Part shown: positions 47,484-56,884 of the stretch, piece after piece
How the letters are laid out: each line of letters starts with the position of its first letter
How positions within the stretch are numbered: position 1 is the first letter of the stretch
IMG/VR virus record: IMGVR_UViG_3300005056_000001
Coordinates: 62,001 to 126,000 of that record
DNA length: 64,000 nt
Strand: one strand, 5' to 3'
Made by a program: the position numbers and the translations under genes
The notes under the pieces: model-generated
The model's database searches: none
The model's input: only the letters and a program-made list of their open reading frames with translations
Told to the model about the DNA's origin: nothing

Positions 47484-48526
47484 ATGAAACCTCAAAAAAC
47501 AATCAACATACTAAATACCTACGAATTCCTACTAAAGCACGGCAAGGTCAAAGCAACAGACGATTTGTCTGTTAAGATAAAAGTACTCGAAATGGTCGTG
47601 TCGTTAGATTTAGCCTCTAAGCAGCTAACACTCATACCGTGTCTTGAGGGTTTGGTGAACTTGGTACGTTTAGACCTTAGCTACAACCAACTGACCACTC
47701 CGCCAATACTCAAAGGTTTGTGTGGCTTGAAGGTTTTACTTTTGCATAATAATCAATTGACTACGGCACCAAATCTTGAAGGTGTTGTAAGGTTAGAGTG
47801 GTTACACTTGAGTGATAATCAACTGACCTCACCACCAAACCTTGAAGGCTTGGTGAAGTTGGAGCTGTTATACTTAGACGACAATCAATTAACTGCGCCA
47901 CCAATACTTGAAGGATTGGTAAATTTAAAGTGGTTATATCTAGACGGCAATCAATTAACTACTCCGCCAATGCTTAATGGTTTGGTAAATTTGGAGCGAT
48001 TACATCTAGACGGCAATCAATTAACAACTCCGCCAATACTTAATGGATTGGTAAATTTGGAGCTGTTATACTTAGACGGCAATCAATTAACTGCGCCACC
48101 AATGGTTTGGTAAATTTGGAGCGATTACATCTAGACGGCAATCAATTAACAACTCCGCCAATACTTAATGTTTTGGTAAATTTAGAGCGATTGAAATTAA
48201 ACAGTAACAGCCTAGACAAAACACCAAATCTAGAAGGTTTAGTAAACTTGGCTTTTTTGGATCTCGGTCACAACAAATTGACGTTACAGCCAATACTAGA
48301 AGGTTTGGTTTACTTGAGAGGTTTAAGTTTGTGTCACAACCAACTAACAACCCCACCAATCCTTAAAGGTTTGGTTAATTTGGAGCGTTTATACCTGAGT
48401 CACAACAGACTAGACAGATCACCAACGCTCGATGGATTGTTGAAATTGAAGTGGTTAGACCTAGGCAACAACCCACTTAAGACAAAAACAAAACCATCCC
48501 ACCCAACAGCAGAAATTAACATTTAA
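47484..48526 (+). pseudogene. LRR gene, family A, short-cap type, split by a 7-bp deletion (14 modules when rejoined)
   Basis: CCAATGGT at 48099-48106 versus the consensus CCAATACTTAATGGT; joins ORFs 47484-48113 and 48107-48526. Confidence 0.88.
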
Positions 48527-48539
48527 AATAAAACGCAGA

Positions 48540-48815
48540 ATGTTTAATATTATAATAGCTTTCATATTTGGTGCAATCGCAGCCACGATCATCCAACACA
48601 TTAAAAAGACCGACACAAGACCCAAACCCCCTGTCATTAAAAACGACATATTGGAACTTGGAATAAGGTTACGGTCAAAACACATAACAGAGGAGGCGAT
48701 TAAGGACATGTACTCACTAAAGCCGTTTATATCAGAGGAAGAATTTACGTATCTTCAGAATAAGGTAAGACCGTCTGTTATAGCAAGATTCAACAAAACA
48801 TTAAATAATTTTTAA
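48540..48815 (+). CDS. small membrane-anchored protein (91 aa)
   Basis: N-terminal hydrophobic helix. Confidence 0.7.
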   Translation: MFNIIIAFIFGAIAATIIQHIKKTDTRPKPPVIKNDILELGIRLRSKHITEEAIKDMYSLKPFISEEEFTYLQNKVRPSVIARFNKTLNNF

Positions 48816-48827
48816 ATAACAAAAAGA

Positions 48828-49187
48828 ATGAGTGAATTAAAATTAGAAGGAAAGATTGTTGCCATAATGGAAAAGAAGCAAGTCACCGACACATTTGCCA
48901 CACGTGAGTTTGTGATTGAAACAGATGAACAATATCCACAAATGGTCAAATTCCAACTGACCCAAGCCAAATGTGAGGACATCGACAATCACAAGGTTGG
49001 TGACGAGCTTAATGTCCATTTTAATATGCGTGGGCGCAAATGGACAAACAGAGAAAATGAGGACGTATATTTCATTAGTGCAAATGCATGGCGATTGGAG
49101 GCCCTGAACACTGCACCAACCCAATCTGCACCAACGCCCGAAAGCGAGCCGCCTGCCGATAGTTTTGCGGACGACTTGCCGTTTTAG
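48828..49187 (+). CDS. DUF3127 family OB-fold (SSB-like) protein
   Basis: FATREFVIET.EQYPQMVKFQLTQ..GDELNVHFNMRGRKW..AWRLE, acidic tail DDLPF; typical of Bacteroidota. Confidence 0.92.
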   Translation: MSELKLEGKIVAIMEKKQVTDTFATREFVIETDEQYPQMVKFQLTQAKCEDIDNHKVGDELNVHFNMRGRKWTNRENEDVYFISANAWRLEALNTAPTQSAPTPESEPPADSFADDLPF

Positions 49188-49194
49188 GAAAGGT

Positions 49195-49236
49195 AATAAA
49201 CCATGCTCTACTCGGGGGTATGGTTTATTTCTTTTT
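49195..49236 (+). terminator. rho-independent terminator
   Basis: AATAAACCATGCTC / GGGTATGGTTTATT stem followed by TCTTTTT. Confidence 0.75.
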
Positions 49237-49310
49237 AAGACTTATTGAATAATGTGAGGATGTTGTGATTTTTTTGTATATTACGACATTGCTTCATTTA
49301 AATATATATT

Positions 49311-49835
49311 ATGACATGTAGATTATTAAAGCTAAAGGATGATATGACAAAAAATCATATTGATTCAGAAGGTATATCATCTAGAATTTTTAAAAACAAC
49401 CTTACTGCACAATATAGCATTAGATCATTATTCCGAAATGTTGTTGCATTGGAGGTGTACGTCAACCTAAACACAAGCTTTGTGGTTGAATTTCATATTC
49501 CACAGACATATATAGGTAGCGTTCCGCTTGAAGTAGAATTCTGTATTAATGAGATATATCAAAACCCCCTGAGTAAGGAACTCGTATCGTGTATTAATGA
49601 CACCGAAGTTCCTCTAATAAAATCTTACAAGGTAGTGCGTGGTGTTGCGTCTCGTTATGGTTCAAACGTGTCCGAACTACTTAAGGGTATTGACGAGAAA
49701 ATGCCCATGTTAGAAAACATACTAATGGCGGCACTTAGGAGCAGAATCGAAATAAACACACGAAAAGAATCCATAAAAAGTAATCTTGAAAGATTGGAAA
49801 AAGAATATTGTGTTTTAAAATTGAAAAAACAATAA
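49311..49835 (+). CDS. hypothetical protein (174 aa)
   Basis: ORF in run. Confidence 0.7.
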   Translation: MTCRLLKLKDDMTKNHIDSEGISSRIFKNNLTAQYSIRSLFRNVVALEVYVNLNTSFVVEFHIPQTYIGSVPLEVEFCINEIYQNPLSKELVSCINDTEVPLIKSYKVVRGVASRYGSNVSELLKGIDEKMPMLENILMAALRSRIEINTRKESIKSNLERLEKEYCVLKLKKQ

Positions 49836-49836
49836 A

Positions 49837-50379
49837 ATGACAAAGAAAAACTTTAAAAAACCTATACACCTTGCCGCAAGTGATGGGAACGAATACAGGG
49901 CAATGGATTATCTCCATTTTGAGGACGGCAACATTGTGGCCACAGACGGACATGTGATTGTTGTTCAGGCATTGTCTTTGCATGGGTTCACAGAGGACGA
50001 GGTTCTGCTTATGGAGGGTATGGCCATACATCGCAAGGAATTCAAGGGTCTCATGGGATATACACATGTGACTGTAACCAAAAATGGTTTTGTGTGTTTA
50101 AAGGGCGAGACCGAGACCATTATCCCACTCAAGCCATTGTCCGAACAAACAGACGAAAGGTTTGTCAATTACAAAAATCAGTTCTATGGTGTTAGGGCAG
50201 ATGAAAAGATTAGCGAAATAGGACTAAATTTGGACTTGTTGTCACGCATTAAAAAAATGACAATGAACAATCTTGGACATGTAAATATTACCTTTAAGCA
50301 CAACGGAAAGGTTTGTTTGATTAAGGGCGTGGACATAGAAGGAGAGCAATTTCTGCTAATGTCGCTTGAGCCGCAATAG
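49837..50379 (+). CDS. DNA polymerase III beta-clamp-like protein (partial domain set)
   Basis: IVATDGHVIV, FVNYKNQF, IGLNLDLL motifs echo beta-clamp domains 2-3; only 180 aa. Confidence 0.55.
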   Translation: MTKKNFKKPIHLAASDGNEYRAMDYLHFEDGNIVATDGHVIVVQALSLHGFTEDEVLLMEGMAIHRKEFKGLMGYTHVTVTKNGFVCLKGETETIIPLKPLSEQTDERFVNYKNQFYGVRADEKISEIGLNLDLLSRIKKMTMNNLGHVNITFKHNGKVCLIKGVDIEGEQFLLMSLEPQ

Positions 50380-50423
50380 CTTTGGTATTTATCGTATAAT
50401 TAAACAGTAACAAAAAACAAAAA

Positions 50424-51254
50424 ATGAAAACACTTAAAAAGATGTTATGGCACCTGCTTGGGATTATTAGTCAAGAGGTGCGCTTGTGCAAAGTCCTAGA
50501 AATTACACCACAGCATATTGCCATTGCGATGTTATTGGACAAGGAAAAAGGATTGTTCCAAACACGAATGTTTGAACACGAAATCCTGACAAAGCTCTGT
50601 CTAAAAGATGGTGACCTGCTACGTCTTACACTCACTAGATACCACGGAGAAATCAGGTTTAGATTCGATGGAATGATACTTGGGTATTTCTTGAGAAAAG
50701 AAGACAAGAAGTTATACGAGATGGTCAAGAATTACTCCGAGAAGCCGCATGATGTGGTTATTAAGGATGTTCTTTCTGATCCTATGTTTGATGTGCTGAA
50801 GGGCGAGAAGGCACATATCGAGGACGAATCAAAGCCTTTGTTTGATAGTGATGGTACTGATAGAATGTTCTCTGACCCGCCGTTTGAAAGTTGTAAAATG
50901 ATTGATACTAAGAGTGCTTTTTATAAAGGCAAAAAAACCATGCAAAACACTGTTTCCCTAGGAGTCTTAAACGAGGAGCAGAAAGGGTTCGTGGCGTTCT
51001 GTAATAAGTTGGGCTTTTTTGTTTCGACACTGAGCAATACAGAAGGGAGTAATGTATATTATACAACCCTTAAATATAATTGGAAATTGTACAATGTCCC
51101 GAAAGAAAGTAAAGAAATCACAAACGGATATCGTGGCTTTGGGGGTACAATCGAATTCTTAATGGAGGCGATAACCATATTTCATGAGAACGAGGATAGT
51201 CACTTTCAGATATTCGACAGTGTTTATTTAAAAAACAACCAAGACAATGTTTAA
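50424..51254 (+). CDS. hypothetical protein (276 aa)
   Basis: ORF in run. Confidence 0.7.
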   Translation: MKTLKKMLWHLLGIISQEVRLCKVLEITPQHIAIAMLLDKEKGLFQTRMFEHEILTKLCLKDGDLLRLTLTRYHGEIRFRFDGMILGYFLRKEDKKLYEMVKNYSEKPHDVVIKDVLSDPMFDVLKGEKAHIEDESKPLFDSDGTDRMFSDPPFESCKMIDTKSAFYKGKKTMQNTVSLGVLNEEQKGFVAFCNKLGFFVSTLSNTEGSNVYYTTLKYNWKLYNVPKESKEITNGYRGFGGTIEFLMEAITIFHENEDSHFQIFDSVYLKNNQDNV

Positions 51255-51711
51255 GTATACAGAAAAAGTTAAAGTAAAACACACGGCAAGTATAAAGACT
51301 ATTGTTTCGGCATGTCTTGTGGATTGTCAGTTTAAGATAACCCAAGACCTTGTCGAGTCCTTGGGCTCCGAAAGTGTGTGCGACAACATTAAATTATTGC
51401 AGAACATATGCAACACACACGAGTTGGCAGAGGGTTTTGACATTGCCTCACACATGAAAGATTTTGACTGTTTTTCAAATTCGTTACTCGAAATAGTAAA
51501 ACATGCAATCCCTGCTTATTTAAACCATCTACTCGGATTGTTAGAATGGACAAGTTTTCAGGACAAAAAAGTCCATGATGCACTGTTCGAATCCTTGTAT
51601 GATGTAAATACCATAAACCATCTTGGTGCATCTTGTCTTTTGGCTACTATACGTGAAAGTCATCACACACTTCAGGTATTCGAGCTAGAGCAAATTACAT
51701 TGGGTGAATAA
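51247..51711 (+). CDS. hypothetical protein (154 aa)
   Basis: Overlaps the upstream stop. Confidence 0.7.
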   Translation: MFKYTEKVKVKHTASIKTIVSACLVDCQFKITQDLVESLGSESVCDNIKLLQNICNTHELAEGFDIASHMKDFDCFSNSLLEIVKHAIPAYLNHLLGLLEWTSFQDKKVHDALFESLYDVNTINHLGASCLLATIRESHHTLQVFELEQITLGE

Positions 51712-51753
51712 AACAACAATAAATAACTTTCCACAAAACGTTAAAATTATGTT

Positions 51754-51788
51754 AAAGTCCTGCACATTTATTGTGTAGGACTTTTTTT
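51754..51788 (+). terminator. rho-independent terminator embedded in a promoter module
   Basis: AAAGTCCTGCACA / TGTGTAGGACTTT stem followed by a T-run. Confidence 0.8.
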
Positions 51789-51846
51789 ATTCGGATTTTA
51801 TTTGTAATATTGGGGTATCAATTAATAACGACATTAAACAACAACA

Positions 51847-52410
51847 ATGAGAATTAAAATAGACGGCAATTATTTTGATATTCCTAGTGAAGGAATGATT
51901 ACATTTAAAACGATTGACATAAGAAATCATTTTAATTATTCCACGTGTGATATTGATATGCACGTGGATAAGGGTGCGATATATAAATGTGACATATATA
52001 GCATAAGAAATATATCCCTACGAAGAACAAGGCTACGGAATGTGTTGTTGGGTCAGATCATTGAACAGGGTATTTTTGTTGAGGTTATTGAGCCAACAAC
52101 CAAGGGTAGCGAGTTTACTATCCGATACAGCAACAATAACCCATATGCCGATTTAATTGCCGACTTGATGGAGGTCGAGAAATACAACAAGAGCAGAGGC
52201 TTTAGAAGGTTCCTGTCAATGGACTCCGACACTATCGAATTTGAATTCTATGGAAGTCAGGGGTGCCGTAATTATGCCTCGGCTATGCATGCAAGTGACA
52301 TCATAGATTGCATCAAAGACAAAACAGGCAAGACTCCACAATGGAACCGCCAAAAAAGTTGGGACAGCAACAGCCTAACACATGCATATAATTTTAAAAT
52401 TACGCTATAA
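51847..52410 (+). CDS. hypothetical protein (187 aa)
   Basis: First gene after a promoter module. Confidence 0.7.
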   Translation: MRIKIDGNYFDIPSEGMITFKTIDIRNHFNYSTCDIDMHVDKGAIYKCDIYSIRNISLRRTRLRNVLLGQIIEQGIFVEVIEPTTKGSEFTIRYSNNNPYADLIADLMEVEKYNKSRGFRRFLSMDSDTIEFEFYGSQGCRNYASAMHASDIIDCIKDKTGKTPQWNRQKSWDSNSLTHAYNFKITL

Positions 52411-53075
52411 TGAAAAATCCACACAAGCAGGCAGACATGAACAGGCTATCCGAACTCCTAAAGTCGGGAAACAAGGAGAATATAGAGCTCGCCTTTCAAT
52501 TAACCGAATCAAACAACATCGGACTAGATTTATTTGGATGGTGCATGCTATCGGAGTGGCTATACAGGTTTTGGGTTATCGGACACTATAAACCCCTAGA
52601 GGAGGCAATTATCATGATCGGTGAAATTCGGGAGTTGGTAATCGTAGACGAGAACCTGTTAAAAGTCCCTCGTTATATTGGTCTCATGTCCAATTTAACA
52701 TCCATACATTTTAGGTCTAGCCGTCTTAATAAATTGCCAAAAGAAATAGGAGATTTGCCTAACATCAAAGATTTAACTGTGGTGGGTGGCAGCTTTTCCG
52801 AATTTCCTTCCACATTTTCCAATATGAATAATTTGGAGCATCTTTGTTTAAACGATCTTGGACTAGATGTGGTTCCTGATTTTATTTGCAAGACTCCTAG
52901 TATAAAAAGGTTGTTTTTGGAAACCAACAAAATAACCGAGATACCAAAAGACATCGAAAATATTACATCCTTGGAAGAACTATTTTTGCATGGTAATCTT
53001 ATTAAAGAATTTCCAAGGACTATAGGCAGTCTTAAATGTATTGGTGCAAACAAAGGCAGTTATTCGAATTATTAG
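52410..53075 (+). CDS. LRR protein, family B with helical N-cap
   Basis: LLKSGNKENIELAFQL cap; 23-aa LP.EIG.L repeats. Confidence 0.92.
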   Translation: MKNPHKQADMNRLSELLKSGNKENIELAFQLTESNNIGLDLFGWCMLSEWLYRFWVIGHYKPLEEAIIMIGEIRELVIVDENLLKVPRYIGLMSNLTSIHFRSSRLNKLPKEIGDLPNIKDLTVVGGSFSEFPSTFSNMNNLEHLCLNDLGLDVVPDFICKTPSIKRLFLETNKITEIPKDIENITSLEELFLHGNLIKEFPRTIGSLKCIGANKGSYSNY

Positions 53076-53111
53076 AACAACTGTCCCTAACCATTTAATA
53101 CCTAGTAAAAT

Positions 53112-53804
53112 ATGAAGGACTCCGACAAGCTACTCAATCTAATAAATTCGGGTGTAAAGGAAAATATTGAGCTCGCCTTTCAGTTGCACAAATCCAATGG
53201 TATACCATTGGATTTGTGGGCATGGTCAGAACTTGCCGAATGGCTGTATAAATATCGACTAATAAAATCCTACAAGTCGTTGGAAGAGGCGATTGTTAAG
53301 ATTTTCGACATACGAGAGGTATATGTGACAAGTGATTTACTAGAAAACATAACAGAGCATATCGGTCTTATGGTCGGCTTGGAATGTATTAGTTTTATAT
53401 CCAAGAAGGTAACCACACTGCCCGATAGTATATCAAAACTAACACACCTAAAATATATCATCCTATACGGTTGCAATATAAAAACCCTGCCAAAATCCAT
53501 GTCAATGCTCACGAATCTTGTTAGTATTGACATGGATAGCAATGGAATGAAAGATCTACCCTCCGAAGTCTGTGATATCCCTAACCTTGAGAATTTGGAG
53601 ATTAGGTTCAACGATTTAACAACACTCCCCAAGAACATTGGAAATTTAAAAAAGCTAAAAAAGCTAAAACTTCAGGGCAATAAAATGGCGGTTCTTCCGA
53701 AATCTATTTGTATGCTACAATCACTAAAAGGACTTATGGCCAACGATACCTATATCACAATTGACGAGTTGGTACCCGATCAGGATGTGATTCTATTGTG
53801 TTAA
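53112..53804 (+). CDS. LRR protein, family B
   Basis: LINSGVKENIELAFQL cap; 23-aa repeats. Confidence 0.92.
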   Translation: MKDSDKLLNLINSGVKENIELAFQLHKSNGIPLDLWAWSELAEWLYKYRLIKSYKSLEEAIVKIFDIREVYVTSDLLENITEHIGLMVGLECISFISKKVTTLPDSISKLTHLKYIILYGCNIKTLPKSMSMLTNLVSIDMDSNGMKDLPSEVCDIPNLENLEIRFNDLTTLPKNIGNLKKLKKLKLQGNKMAVLPKSICMLQSLKGLMANDTYITIDELVPDQDVILLC

Positions 53805-53901
53805 TGTTTTGTTAAGACGCATTGGTTTTGGTGATATATTTTGTTTATTCGGATTTTATTTGTAATATTGTACTATCAATTAATGATTAACAAACAAGGA
53901 T

Positions 53902-54615
53902 ATGGTAACCACGGAACAACAAGAAGACATAGACAAGATAACATCACTCTTAAAATCGGGTGATAGTGCCAATATAGAGCTTGCATTCATGCTTATAAGT
54001 TCTAATAAATTAAGGATTTGTTTGTGGGCATGGGGCGACCTATCTGTGTATTTGCGAAACCATGGCGATTTGGGCAAATACAAAACATTCAATGATGGCA
54101 TTAGGAGAATAGGAGAAATGCGTGAACTCGCATTAAGACAAGGAAACCTTCACGGATTAGGTTCTTGTTTTTCATTCATGCCTTATTTGACAGGGCTTCA
54201 TTTGACACAATACAAGGACATAACACTTCCCGAAAATATAACAGAAATACACAATCTTAAATATATCGTTTTTGATGGATGTATAATAGAATCCTTGCCC
54301 AAAGGAATATCCACATTAAAAAACATTGTTCGTATAGACATTGACTGTCATAATATGAATGCGCTCCCGAAAGGAATATGCACCATCCCCAATCTTGAGA
54401 CATTGACCATTAGATTTAGCAAGCTCACAAGCCTCCCAAATAATATTGGAGACCTAAAACACCTTAAAAAGTTGGTGATTGACGGCAAACAAATCGAGTC
54501 ACTTCCTGAATCCATCAACCGCCTAGGAAACTTGACGGAAATTATTGTCAAGAATGGCATTGTCGATATTAGTAATTTGGCTCCTAATATAATTGACTTG
54601 ATTAAAACTGCTTAG
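53902..54615 (+). CDS. LRR protein, family B
   Basis: LLKSGDSANIELAFML cap; 23-aa repeats. Confidence 0.92.
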   Translation: MVTTEQQEDIDKITSLLKSGDSANIELAFMLISSNKLRICLWAWGDLSVYLRNHGDLGKYKTFNDGIRRIGEMRELALRQGNLHGLGSCFSFMPYLTGLHLTQYKDITLPENITEIHNLKYIVFDGCIIESLPKGISTLKNIVRIDIDCHNMNALPKGICTIPNLETLTIRFSKLTSLPNNIGDLKHLKKLVIDGKQIESLPESINRLGNLTEIIVKNGIVDISNLAPNIIDLIKTA

Positions 54616-54618
54616 AAC

Positions 54619-55320
54619 ATGAAGGACACACAAAAGATATGGGACTTGATCTATACGGCCCAAGAAGTAAATATAAACCTTGCGTTTACCTTGGCAGAGG
54701 CCAAAGGAATAGCATTAGATTTAAGTGCGTATCACGAGATTTTCGGGTGGTTACAGACCCATGAAACCGAGACTACAGAACATAAATCAGACCTAGAAAT
54801 ATTGATATATGTATTGACACTAGAAACGGTGACAGTGCCCTGTAAAGGACTGACCGAAATACCAAAATCAATAGGAAAACTTAGATCGCTTAAATGTCTT
54901 ATTTTGGGGTGGAATAAATTGACATACCTTCCTGATTCAATCGGAGAATTGAGCAACCTAGGAATGTTGCATGTCTTAGGAAACAAACTCACAAACCTGC
55001 CCGACACAATCGGGAATCTAACATTATTAGAATATCTATACGTTGGCGGTAACCAATTAACAGAACTTCCCGAAACGATTGGTGGTCTTAAAAATCTAAC
55101 AGAATTGTGCGTCAATAATAATAGATTGGAAACCATTCCAAAGACTATACTAAACCTAAAATATTTAGAAAAGATTGACATCAAAATGAACAACATAAAA
55201 GATATTCCTGACAGGCTTGGTTATCTTCCAAACCTGCGATGGTTACATCTTGGCAAAAAAGTATCCGAGAAGGTGAAAAACAACCTTACAAGCAACAAGA
55301 ACACAAATTGGTATGACTGA
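54619..55320 (+). CDS. LRR protein, family B
   Basis: LIYTAQEVNINLAFTL cap; LPDSIGEL-type repeats. Confidence 0.92.
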   Translation: MKDTQKIWDLIYTAQEVNINLAFTLAEAKGIALDLSAYHEIFGWLQTHETETTEHKSDLEILIYVLTLETVTVPCKGLTEIPKSIGKLRSLKCLILGWNKLTYLPDSIGELSNLGMLHVLGNKLTNLPDTIGNLTLLEYLYVGGNQLTELPETIGGLKNLTELCVNNNRLETIPKTILNLKYLEKIDIKMNNIKDIPDRLGYLPNLRWLHLGKKVSEKVKNNLTSNKNTNWYD

Positions 55321-56437
55321 TCAACAAAAGATAATGTGTCTTATTAAGACAGGAGATTTGACCAACATAAAAATGGGTCTTATGATGGCCAAATCAAACA
55401 AAATTGATTTGGACTTGTCCGAATATTGGGCCATACATCATTTTTTGGTTGTGTACAAAGAGTTGAAGCCTGCAAAAAATGATTACCACATGCTTGTATT
55501 GTTAATGGGCGTGACACACCTACACTTACACGATATCAGGATACTGCATATTCCTGAATCCTTTGGTTGTCTTCATAATCTAAAAACTTTTGGTATTAGA
55601 AACGCAGGAATTAGTAGCCTTCCTGATTCTATCGGTAATCTCAAAAACTTGGACAGTATTAGGATATCACGCACAAACCTAACACATCTCCCTGAATCAA
55701 TATGCGCAATCACAGGGTTGGTCACTATATTTATAGAGGACAATAGTCTGTCTTGTCTGCCAAAAGACATTGGTAATCTGACCAATATTAAACGCCTGAT
55801 GATTATTGAGGAAAATATCAAAACGCTTCCCGAATCCATAGGGAATATGTCGGCATTGGAAAATCTGTCAATTCAAAATTGCTTTCTTGAAAGTCTTCCT
55901 GAATCAATAGGCGATTTACAGGGCTTGTGTGTGTTGTATTTAGAAGGAAATAAACTCACAACAATACCCAAAACCATAGGCAAATTACAAAAATTGGAAT
56001 TATTAAAAGTTTCTGATAATTTGTTACAATCGCTTCCTGATACGTTATTCGACCTAATTAATTTGCGTCATTTAAGCGCAATGAAATGTGGTTTAGAAGA
56101 CCTACCAAAAGACATTGGCAGACTAATCAATCTTGAGTATCTAGGGCTTGGTGGTAATAAACTAACTTCCTTGCCAAAAAGCATTGCCAAGCTGTCTAAA
56201 ATGGAGACTCTGATTTTGGCAAGGAACGAAATAAGCATGTTCCCCAAGGAAATAACCTCACTAAGCAAACTAAAATATCTAAGACTCCGTTTTAACAACA
56301 TAAAACAATTCCCAAAAGAAATAGTCAATTTAAAAGAATTAATTAGTCTATCGGTAGACATGAATCCTGCAACATACGAACATATATGTTGGCTCATAGA
56401 TATATTGCCACACACAAATATTAATTACAGAAACTAA
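55313..56437 (+). CDS. LRR protein, family B (longest, ~13 repeats)
   Basis: LIKTGDLTNIKMGL cap; LPESIGxL repeats. Confidence 0.93.
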   Translation: MTDQQKIMCLIKTGDLTNIKMGLMMAKSNKIDLDLSEYWAIHHFLVVYKELKPAKNDYHMLVLLMGVTHLHLHDIRILHIPESFGCLHNLKTFGIRNAGISSLPDSIGNLKNLDSIRISRTNLTHLPESICAITGLVTIFIEDNSLSCLPKDIGNLTNIKRLMIIEENIKTLPESIGNMSALENLSIQNCFLESLPESIGDLQGLCVLYLEGNKLTTIPKTIGKLQKLELLKVSDNLLQSLPDTLFDLINLRHLSAMKCGLEDLPKDIGRLINLEYLGLGGNKLTSLPKSIAKLSKMETLILARNEISMFPKEITSLSKLKYLRLRFNNIKQFPKEIVNLKELISLSVDMNPATYEHICWLIDILPHTNINYRN

Positions 56438-56443
56438 AAAAAT

Positions 56444-56845
56444 ATGAAATATAAAATTCTTACAGAAAGCGTCCATAACGGCCATGGTAAATTAATCGAG
56501 ACTAAGTTCACCATCCAACAGTCACGTATTTTTGGACTATTTAAACGAGTATCAAAATTTGCCGAATATAAATACAAACTAGGAAGTGTGGGCCCGCACG
56601 AAAATTCTATACATTTTTACCCCACAAGATTTGACTCCATAGAAAAGGCAGAGCGGTGTCTTGAATATCTCGAAAACCCGTATTGGAAGGATTACAAAGG
56701 GGAGACGATCTTCAAGATATTAAACAGAATTACGGTAGTGGAGGCGTATTCTGTCTACAGAAACGGTGATTATACGATGTGTAAAAGTATTAAGGAGGCC
56801 CAAGATTTGATTGATACTTGGGTCAGAACCTCAAAGTTTGTGTAG
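56444..56845 (+). CDS. hypothetical protein (133 aa)
   Basis: ORF in run. Confidence 0.7.
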   Translation: MKYKILTESVHNGHGKLIETKFTIQQSRIFGLFKRVSKFAEYKYKLGSVGPHENSIHFYPTRFDSIEKAERCLEYLENPYWKDYKGETIFKILNRITVVEAYSVYRNGDYTMCKSIKEAQDLIDTWVRTSKFV

Positions 56846-56884
56846 TTTCCACCCGAAAGAAAATCAAATTTACAATAGGCCCTT

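Noticed and set aside
3045-48526. Diversity-generating retroelement as the source of LRR variation
   Set aside because: No reverse transcriptase or non-coding template repeat in the window, and differences between near-identical tracts are not confined to adenines. An RT elsewhere in the genome cannot be excluded.
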